64,000 nucleotides of DNA from Armatimonadota bacterium (GTDB lineage Bacteria > Armatimonadota > Hebobacteria > GCA-020354555 > CP070648): assembly GCA_035527535.1 (NCBI GenBank), contig DATLAK010000084.1, positions 9,413-73,412 of the forward strand. The letters run 5' to 3'. The notes under the pieces are model-generated. The model made no database searches, had not been told where the DNA came from, and saw only the letters and a program-made list of their open reading frames with translations. Positions 57,343-64,000 of the stretch are shown here, one piece after another (the stretch's first letter is position 1; each line of letters opens with the position of its first letter). Made by a program: the position numbers and the translations under genes.

Positions 57343-58743
57343 TTACGCCGCGGTGACGACGGCGATGTCGTTGAAGCGACAGAAGCTCTCGAGGGCGGCG
57401 GCGACCTCGGGGTCGTGGATGAGCACGCCGTGGTGGATGATGCCGTGCTCCACCATCTTGCGCTCCCAGTCCATGACGTCGCCGACCTGCACCCAGCCGT
57501 AGGACCCCCGCGTGAAGGGCTCGATCGCTACCACCTCGCCGCGACCGATGAACATCGTGAACTCGCCGTCGTATTCCACCAGGCGCATGCAGGTCACGGG
57601 CCCCGGCTTCATGCGGAACTCGACGGTGCCGTGGGAGGGCTTGACCGGCAGGATGCTGTGATCGCGCAGCGCCGGAGCGCAGCCGCTCTCGCACAGACTG
57701 GTCGGGCAGTTGCCGCAGTGCCAGGCGAGCCACACGTTGTCGCGCTCGGGGTGGAGCTCGGTCCAGTCAATGAAGTGCGGCGCCACGCGGTCGAGGGCGG
57801 CGGTGTAGGCGGCCCACATGCTGACTGCGCCGTACATGTCCACCTCGCACGCGCACGGAAGGCCCTTGTCGGTGAGGCGGCCCAGCACCCCGCACACCGA
57901 TACCCCCAGCCGCTCCTGCACCCGCGTCCAGCAGTTGACTCCCAGCGCGACCAGCTCCTTCTCCCGCGCCAGTTGCTCCAGGGCCAGCTCGACGCGCGCC
58001 ATGTTGGTGAGCGCCTCCGGCGGCGCGTCGCAAGGGCCGAGGGCGCGCTTGAGCTTGCGCACGAGCGCCACCGTCTGCCTCGCGTTGGCGGGGATCGCCT
58101 CCGCCCGCGACCATGCCTCGTCGAGGTCCACCGGCACGATGGTCTGGTGGAAGCGCTTTTGCAGCGACGCCTCGTCCCACCACACCGACTCGAATTCCTC
58201 CGGCCGCGCGCCGATCTGGCCGAAGCGCGCGCCGTGGAACGCCTGGTGGGCCGCGCACGCGCGCGCGAAGCGAGCGGCGTGCTCGGCGAACACCGGCTCC
58301 TCGGGAAAGCACGTGGGGATATGCTCGTACTTGATGCCGCGGCGCTTCATGGCGGAGGTCAGCATGAACTGCCCGCACCACGAGTCGGAGGCCCGCAGGC
58401 CGTCCGCGCCGATGGGCGCTCCCTTGGCTGCGAAGTGCAGCACCGGTGTGCCCGGCGCCATGCCCGCAATCACGACTCCCACGGCCGAGGTCTCGTGGCC
58501 GAAGGTCATGCCGCCGACGATGACGCCAGCGACCCCCTGCGCGCGGAAGAGAGCGAGCGTCTTGCGCCCTTCCTCGATGTTACTCACCAGGCCGTCGGCG
58601 GTCAGCTCCGGGCTGGGCGCGACCAACTCGAGCCCGGGGGTCTTGCGCAGCGCGGCGGCGCAGCGCCGCCGCATCTGCGCCCCCCACTTGCGGCTGAACG
58701 GGTCGCGGTGGGAGGGAATGAATCCGATCTTGACCTTGCGCAT
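57343..58743 (-). CDS. L-fucose/L-arabinose isomerase family protein
   Basis: KIGFIPSHRDPFS N-terminal isomerase domain pattern. Start at MRKVKIG with a GGGAGA RBS. The Arg-rich 165-aa extension upstream was rejected. Confidence 0.55.
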   Translation of the reverse strand: MRKVKIGFIPSHRDPFSRKWGAQMRRRCAAALRKTPGLELVAPSPELTADGLVSNIEEGRKTLALFRAQGVAGVIVGGMTFGHETSAVGVVIAGMAPGTPVLHFAAKGAPIGADGLRASDSWCGQFMLTSAMKRRGIKYEHIPTCFPEEPVFAEHAARFARACAAHQAFHGARFGQIGARPEEFESVWWDEASLQKRFHQTIVPVDLDEAWSRAEAIPANARQTVALVRKLKRALGPCDAPPEALTNMARVELALEQLAREKELVALGVNCWTRVQERLGVSVCGVLGRLTDKGLPCACEVDMYGAVSMWAAYTAALDRVAPHFIDWTELHPERDNVWLAWHCGNCPTSLCESGCAPALRDHSILPVKPSHGTVEFRMKPGPVTCMRLVEYDGEFTMFIGRGEVVAIEPFTRGSYGWVQVGDVMDWERKMVEHGIIHHGVLIHDPEVAAALESFCRFNDIAVVTAA

Positions 58744-59122
58744 GGTTGTTCTCCCTGTTCGGCGCGTGGATTCGCAAATACATTCGTGAGGCGGGAGCTT
58801 GCCTCCTGCCCAGGCGGCGTGGGGGCCGCCCGGCGCTTGGGCAGGACGTGACCTCGGAAAGCGGGAATGCCCCGGCGGATTGAGCACCCCGATCTGTCGG
58901 GGTGATGTTGCCGCAGGGCAGCACCTTCGCGTTCCATCACCGCCGCCTGAAAGCGATTGTGCGACAGGATGGGGCGCGGGCTCAAGCCGCGATCCAGGAA
59001 CTCGGGGAAGCCGCAACCGGCGATATGCTGGGCAAGCGCGTCCGCGGCCGCGCCAGCGGGCGCACGAATACCGGCGCCTGCCGCAGCAGCTCCTCGGCTT
59101 CCTGGTCCCAGTCCATGTCGTC

Positions 59123-59404
59123 CTAGTCGGTCGGCCCCGCCTGCGCGTTGCCAACCGCTTTGGCCTGTCGGCTCTGGGCGACCAGCCGCTGGTAGCGCTC
59201 CGCGCCCAGGCACTCGCGCGCCATCTCGCAGTGGTCAATACAGCCCTGGATGCGCTCGCGCGTCACCTCGCGCCCACACTCCGGACACTTGGCCTGCAGC
59301 TCGTCGCTCCAGATCTCGACCTCGCCGCCGCACCACGGGCACGGGTAGAACTCCGGCATCGGCTGGGAGAACTGCCTGGAGCCCGGGCACTTGTCCCACG
59401 TCAT
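59123..59404 (-). CDS. small Cys-rich zinc-ribbon protein
   Basis: CPWCGG...CPECG...CIDHC. Confidence 0.4.
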   Translation of the reverse strand: MTWDKCPGSRQFSQPMPEFYPCPWCGGEVEIWSDELQAKCPECGREVTRERIQGCIDHCEMARECLGAERYQRLVAQSRQAKAVGNAQAGPTD

Positions 59405-59427
59405 GGGCGTTACCTCCTACCCCCCAT

Positions 59428-60186
59428 TCATGCGTGCGGGCACGCAGCCCCGCGATCGGGAGCGGACTTGACCGTGCCGTCGCGCCCGATGACGGTCGTC
59501 TCCACCGGAATGGACTTGCCGGACTGCGCCACCGCCGTCTCCGCCACGCGCTGCAGCCCGAAGCAGCACGGCACCTCCATGTGCGCCACCGTCAGGCTGC
59601 GGATGTCGTTGGCGCGCAGGATGCCGGCCAGCTTCTCGACGTAGAAGCCGGCGTCGTCGAGCTTGGGGCAGCCGACGGCGAGCGTGCGCCCCCGCAGCAG
59701 GTCGTGGTGGAACGCCGGATGCGCAAAGGGCACGCAGTCGGCCGCCAGCAGCAGGTCCGCGCCCGCGTAGTAGGGCGCCTCCAGCGGCAGCAGGTGAATC
59801 TGCACCGGCCAGTTGCGCAGTTCCGACGCGACCGCCGCGGTTGGCGCGGCCTCGGCATAGGCCCGCCGCGGGCGCAGCTCCTCGGCCAGCGAGCCCGGAC
59901 AGTCGCAAGGCAGCGGCTCTCGTGATGAAACGGTCGCCTGCGCCAGGTGCCGTTCGACCGCCTCCTCGTCGAACTCGTCGGCCGTCCGCTGCTCGATGAG
60001 GAGGGCGCCCGTCGGACACTCGCCGATGCAGGCTCCCAGGCCGTCGCAGAAAACCTCGTTGATCAGGCGGGCTTTGCCGTCAATGATCGCCAGCGCGCCC
60101 TCGGCGCAGGCAGTCACGCACTGGCCGCAGCCGTTGCAGCGGTCCTCGTCAATGTGGATGATCTGCCTGGCAACTTTGGTGCTCAT
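59428..60186 (-). CDS. 4Fe-4S dicluster ferredoxin-domain protein
   Basis: CNGCGQCVTACAEG and CDGLGACIGECP cluster motifs. An additional Cys-rich C-terminal half. Confidence 0.65.
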   Translation of the reverse strand: MSTKVARQIIHIDEDRCNGCGQCVTACAEGALAIIDGKARLINEVFCDGLGACIGECPTGALLIEQRTADEFDEEAVERHLAQATVSSREPLPCDCPGSLAEELRPRRAYAEAAPTAAVASELRNWPVQIHLLPLEAPYYAGADLLLAADCVPFAHPAFHHDLLRGRTLAVGCPKLDDAGFYVEKLAGILRANDIRSLTVAHMEVPCCFGLQRVAETAVAQSGKSIPVETTVIGRDGTVKSAPDRGAACPHA

Positions 60187-60204
60187 GTCATTCTCCTCGT
60201 TTCG

Positions 60205-60672
60205 TCAGCGGTCCGCGCTTACCGCGGCGCGCCGTCGCTTGCCTCCACCCGGCGCCGGCCCCAGCGACCGCACCAGGTCCTCCACCGTCAGGCCGCGCAA
60301 GAAGGAGGCGATCTTCTGCTGCACCATCTCCCACGCCCAGCGCAGGCCGCAGCTCTCCTGGCGCGGGCAGGCGTCATCGCCGAGCAGACACCGACTCACC
60401 GCCACCGGCCCCTGCATGATCTCGACCGCCTCCAGCACGGTGATCTCGTCGGCCGGGCGCGCCAGCGTAAAGCCGCCCGTCCGCCCGCGCTGTCCGTCGA
60501 GCACCCCGGCGTTGGCAAGGTCGGTCAGCGCCTTGTGCAAGAAGGCTACCGGAACCCCCTCCTGCGCCGCCAGCTCCTCGGTGCGCATCGGACCCTCGGC
60601 CCGGGCGATCGCCACCAGGGCGCGCAACCCGTAATCTGTCTTTCGCCGGATGACGTCCACGCAGATCTCCAC
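60205..60672 (-). CDS. Rrf2-family transcriptional regulator
   Basis: KTDYGLRALVAIA wHTH. Conserved Cys triad C..C.....C (CLLGDDACPRQESC). Confidence 0.75.
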   Translation of the reverse strand: MEICVDVIRRKTDYGLRALVAIARAEGPMRTEELAAQEGVPVAFLHKALTDLANAGVLDGQRGRTGGFTLARPADEITVLEAVEIMQGPVAVSRCLLGDDACPRQESCGLRWAWEMVQQKIASFLRGLTVEDLVRSLGPAPGGGKRRRAAVSADR

Positions 60673-60748
60673 CTCTCTTATGGACTATAATAATCCAGAA
60701 TGAACGCCCTGTCAAGGGGTTCTTGGACCAAAATCGTGAGACGGCTTC

Positions 60749-61513
60749 CTACATCTGCCCCATGAGCTTGTGCGTTTGCGGGATGACGCGGACGTCGGCG
60801 AGAAGCGGTTTTGCGGCGGCCTGCAGGGCGAGCGCGTGGGCGGGCGCGGGCGGCTCGGGGCCGCCGGCAACCGCGGAGACGGGCTGGAGCACGAGTGGTA
60901 TCTCCGCGCTGACCTGCGCCAGCAGCGTACAGGCGCGCTCGATTTCCTGCTCGGTGGTTGCCTGCGCGAACACCGCCTTGGCGAACAGCAGGGCGCCGGG
61001 GCGCTGCATGAAGGGTCTCGCGGCATCGAGAAAGGCGCGGTGCTCGTCCCAGCACTCGAACCCGGCGGCGCTGGGGAGCTTGAGGTCCATGGCGATGACG
61101 TCAACCGCATCCGACACCCGCGCGAGGGCTTCCGCGAGCGTACCATTGGTTTCCAGGTGCGCCCGCAGTCCCGCCGCCCGCAGTCGCTGTGCCAGGTCGC
61201 GCAGGAACTCCGGCTGCAGCAGCGGCTCGCCGCCGGTGAAGCTCACCGCATCGTGCAGTCGTCCCACCTGCAGGCGCAAGACGAGGGCCGTCGCACCTTC
61301 GGCGTCGAGGGGATTCGCATGCGCCGTGAAGTCGCGACCGCCGGGGGTGTGCTCGGCGCGGCAGCAGGGCGTCCGCGCGCGCGCCCAGGCGGTGTCGCAG
61401 TAGCGGCAGCGCAGGTTGCACCCCGCCAGGCGGACAAAGAGTTGGCGCTGCCCGACGAACAGCCCCTCGCCCTGGGTGGCGGAGAAGACCTCGGCGAGGC
61501 TGCCGGTGATCAT
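60749..61513 (-). CDS. queE: radical SAM enzyme, 7-carboxy-7-deazaguanine synthase (QueE)-like
   Basis: EVFSATQGEGLFVGQRQLFVRLAGCNLRCRYCDT has the QGEG and CxxxCxxCDT QueE signatures. Confidence 0.6.
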   Translation of the reverse strand: MITGSLAEVFSATQGEGLFVGQRQLFVRLAGCNLRCRYCDTAWARARTPCCRAEHTPGGRDFTAHANPLDAEGATALVLRLQVGRLHDAVSFTGGEPLLQPEFLRDLAQRLRAAGLRAHLETNGTLAEALARVSDAVDVIAMDLKLPSAAGFECWDEHRAFLDAARPFMQRPGALLFAKAVFAQATTEQEIERACTLLAQVSAEIPLVLQPVSAVAGGPEPPAPAHALALQAAAKPLLADVRVIPQTHKLMGQM

Positions 61514-61550
61514 CGCAGTCGCCTCGCGGACGCGGCGCCCCCCACCGCGC

Positions 61551-62642
61551 CTATTCCGAATCCAACGGCAGAGTCACCGGCGCGCCGAGGCGCGATGACT
61601 TGTAAACGCCCAGGATGATCTCCACCGCGTGGCGGGCGTCGCCGCCGCTGACCATAGGCTCGCGGTCGTGTCGGATCGCCTCCACCAGGTCCATTATCTG
61701 GCGCACGTGTCCCTCCGCGCCGATGGCGGTGGGGTCGGAGGCCGAGCCGTCGCGCTCGACGGTGACACAGGACCGCGCTTGCTCGAGGGTTTCGCCGGGC
61801 ACCTCCCACTTGACGATATCGTCGCCGTCAACGACGATGGTGCCCCGCTCGCCGTGGAACTCCAGCCGGTGGTCCATGCCGACGACCGAGGTCGTGCCCT
61901 CGAGCACGCCGAAGGCGCCGCTGGCGAAGGTGAGCACCGCCGCCGCGGTGTCCTCGACCTCGATCTTGCGTACCAGATGGTCGGCGCGACCGAAGACGGT
62001 CTGCACCGGACCCATGATCCACTGCAGCAAGTCAACGCAGTGCACGCCCTGGTTCATGAGGGCGCCGCCGCCATCCCACTGCCAGGTGCCCCGCCACCCG
62101 GCGGTGTCGTAGTACTCCTGGCTGCGAAAGTACTTGATGTACGCGTCCCCCAGCACCATCTTACCGAGGGCGCCGGATTGCACCGCCTCGCGCACCTTCC
62201 GCCACACCGGCTGCGTGCGCCGCTGGAAAACCACCCCCAGCTTCACCCCTGCGTCGCGGCAGGCCGCGATCATCGCGTCCATTCGCGCGACGTGGATCTC
62301 CATCGGCTTCTCACACAACACGTGCTTGCCGGCGCGGGCGGCCTCGACCACCATCTCGCCGTGCATCCCGCTCGGGGTGCAGATGGACACGGCTTGGATA
62401 TCGTCCCGCCCCAGCACCTCCCGGTAGTCCGTGTGGTACTGCACGCCGTGCTGCTCGGCCAGGGCTTTCGCCTTGGGCTCGACGATATCGCACACCACCG
62501 CCAGTCTGGCGCCAGGCGCCTGCTCCAGTGCGCGCGTATGCCAGGGGCCGATGACCCCGCACCCGATAACTCCGAAGTTGATGGTTTCCTCCACGATAGG
62601 CCTCCCGGGTAAGGTGGAACCGGCATACGCGCCGTATCTCAA
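61551..62642 (-). CDS. Gfo/Idh/MocA family oxidoreductase
   Basis: INFGVIGCGVIG Rossmann, EKP motif. Confidence 0.8.
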   Translation of the reverse strand: MRYGAYAGSTLPGRPIVEETINFGVIGCGVIGPWHTRALEQAPGARLAVVCDIVEPKAKALAEQHGVQYHTDYREVLGRDDIQAVSICTPSGMHGEMVVEAARAGKHVLCEKPMEIHVARMDAMIAACRDAGVKLGVVFQRRTQPVWRKVREAVQSGALGKMVLGDAYIKYFRSQEYYDTAGWRGTWQWDGGGALMNQGVHCVDLLQWIMGPVQTVFGRADHLVRKIEVEDTAAAVLTFASGAFGVLEGTTSVVGMDHRLEFHGERGTIVVDGDDIVKWEVPGETLEQARSCVTVERDGSASDPTAIGAEGHVRQIMDLVEAIRHDREPMVSGGDARHAVEIILGVYKSSRLGAPVTLPLDSE

Positions 62643-62812
62643 TAGACATATTACTACGCGGCGCGCGTCGAATTATCCTGCCGGCCAGCGTCGGTGGGCG
62701 CTGGCGCCGGGGGCGAACGCGCCGGGGTTCGGTTGACGGGGAGGGGGCTTTGTGCTAGCATTCCCCCGGCTCGAAACGCAGCACGGGCGAGCGCCCGGCA
62801 GGAGGTAGCGCG

Positions 62813-64000
62813 ATGCGCAAGGCTGCGGCCATCGGCATGACCCTCGGTTTCGCTCTCATTCTGGCGGCCGGCCTGACGATCTCGGCGGCGGCGGGCGAGA
62901 ACGGCCCCAGCGCCGCCATCGCTTCCCCGGCCTATTCGTCGGTGGTCGTCGGCGAGCAGGTGGCGGTGACCGTGCTGTTCGATGCCGGCGCGGACGCCGA
63001 AGTCACCGCGGCGGAACTGTACGTGGACGGCAAGCTGCACGATACCGTCACCATGTCGCCCGCGGTCGCCGCCGGCAGTTGCAAGCTCACCTGGCGCTGC
63101 GGCCAGTTCGCGCAAGGTTCCCACACGCTGACGGCGCGCGTCTATGACTCGACCGGCCGCAGCCACGCCGTGGACGCGGTGGTCGCGCTGAAAGGCGAAG
63201 CCGGCCAACCCGGCGCCGCGCAACTGCGAGTGGAGATCGCCGCCCCGGCGGAGGGACAGGAGGTCTCGGGTCCCATCCAAGTGCGCGTGAATACCGATGA
63301 GAGCCGCGTGCGCTACGTCATGCTGCTGGTTGATGATGCCTTCGTCGCGCTGACCAACATGCCCCCGTTCACGTATTCGCTGGATACGACGCGCTACGTC
63401 AACGGCCCGCACGCGTTGAAGGCGACCGCCTTCGATCTGGGCGACCGGCGGCACGATTCGGCACTGGTCAGCGTGATCGTCAATAACCCCGGCGGGCGCA
63501 CCGAGATGCGCGGCCAGCCCGCGGCGGCGCTCCCGGGGGTTGAACTCGCCGCCGCCACCGCCGCCGAAGCCGCGGCCCCCGACGCCGCCATCGGGTCCAT
63601 GCTCGAATCCGCCGAGGTCGGCAGTCCGGTCGGGCCGTCAGTCGTCGCTCCCGCCGGCGCGGCGCCGCCGGCGGCGACTCGCGCCGAACCCACGACCGTC
63701 ACGGCGGCTCCCGCCCCCGCGCAGCCCATGGGCGCGGCGGAGCCGACGGCGGCCATCGCGTCGGTCGCCGACCCCGCGGCGGACGAGCCCCTCGCGGTTG
63801 CGTCCGCGCCGGAGGCGGCGCTGGCGCACAATGTTCTGCCGGTGGGGGTGGTACAGGTAGCCGCGCTGCCCCCCGCCGCGCAAGTTCCGCAGTCCGCGGC
63901 CGTCGCGCTCGCGGTTGCGACCCCGGCGGTCGGGGTCCAAGCCGCGGCCCTGGCGCCGCAGGCGCCGGCGCCCGCGGCGGGTTCGCCGGTGCAGATTGCG
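62813..64000 (+). CDS. secreted protein with two Ig-like (Big-like) repeats and an Ala/Pro-rich region. 3'-partial, runs off the window.
   Basis: RBS GGAGGT. Signal peptide MRKAAAIGMTLGFALILAAGLTISAAAG. Two ~100-aa repeats, one of them ...PPFTYSLDTTRYVNGPHALKATAFD. Confidence 0.6.
   Translation, partial: MRKAAAIGMTLGFALILAAGLTISAAAGENGPSAAIASPAYSSVVVGEQVAVTVLFDAGADAEVTAAELYVDGKLHDTVTMSPAVAAGSCKLTWRCGQFAQGSHTLTARVYDSTGRSHAVDAVVALKGEAGQPGAAQLRVEIAAPAEGQEVSGPIQVRVNTDESRVRYVMLLVDDAFVALTNMPPFTYSLDTTRYVNGPHALKATAFDLGDRRHDSALVSVIVNNPGGRTEMRGQPAAALPGVELAAATAAEAAAPDAAIGSMLESAEVGSPVGPSVVAPAGAAPPAATRAEPTTVTAAPAPAQPMGAAEPTAAIASVADPAADEPLAVASAPEAALAHNVLPVGVVQVAALPPAAQVPQSAAVALAVATPAVGVQAAALAPQAPAPAAGSPVQIA

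Noticed and set aside
58744-59238. 165-aa N-terminal extension of ORF 57343-59238
   Set aside because: Arg-rich and low-complexity. The conserved isomerase domain begins at MRKVKIG (ATG at 58741-58743), preceded by an RBS. The extension also overlaps the zinc-ribbon gene on the same strand in another frame.
1-64000. CRISPR array, transposase, integrase or prophage genes
   Set aside because: The repeats present are dispersed palindromes without regular spacer periodicity. No DDE/tyrosine/serine recombinase-like ORF was recognised, so the two low-GC segments lack identifiable mobility genes.

Overview
High-GC (~70%) bacterial chromosomal window, mostly housekeeping genes. Recognised genes include lspA, the pterin/folate genes folB-folK-folE with a pterin-4a-carbinolamine dehydratase and an SDR, tkt-rpiA, proS, thrS, and tRNA-Val and tRNA-Gln. 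A truncated glmU-like gene, prs and rplY(ctc) sit in their conserved order. Also present are mutM, the division cluster yggS-sepF-proC-yggT-divIVA-CPBP-yggU, an archaeal-type phosphoglycerate mutase, a QueE-like radical SAM gene with an Rrf2 regulator, and several glycosidase/BNR-like genes. Two lower-GC accessory segments interrupt this core. (1) 2.0-3.7 kb is a NotI-family restriction endonuclease plus a DPPY (Dam-like) N6-adenine methyltransferase, downstream of an ~850 bp ORF-free, hairpin-rich region. (2) 10.8-15.0 kb is a tightly packed, overlapping operon: XRE-type HTH, a Panacea(SocA-like)-domain protein, a coiled-coil membrane protein, a RecB-family PD-(D/E)xK nuclease with a QxxxY motif, a ~440 aa protein with a CxCxxC...H zinc site and a TGT/DpdA-like FDD motif, and an unknown protein. 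I regard this second segment as a candidate undescribed defence/toxin-antitoxin/DNA-modification module. Other notable items are three families of dispersed palindromic (REP-like) elements, one apparently inserted in-frame into a DUF1638 gene; a ~1.6 kb tandem duplication of a polytopic membrane protein gene that seems to truncate a BNR-repeat gene; an ECF sigma factor fused in-frame to a TM helix and an H-X9-DG-like C-terminal domain; and two URO-D/MtaA-family paralogs in an operon with a 916 aa TIM-barrel hydrolase-like protein. No CRISPR arrays, transposases or integrases were found. All domain assignments rest on motif-level reading of the translations, not on database searches.
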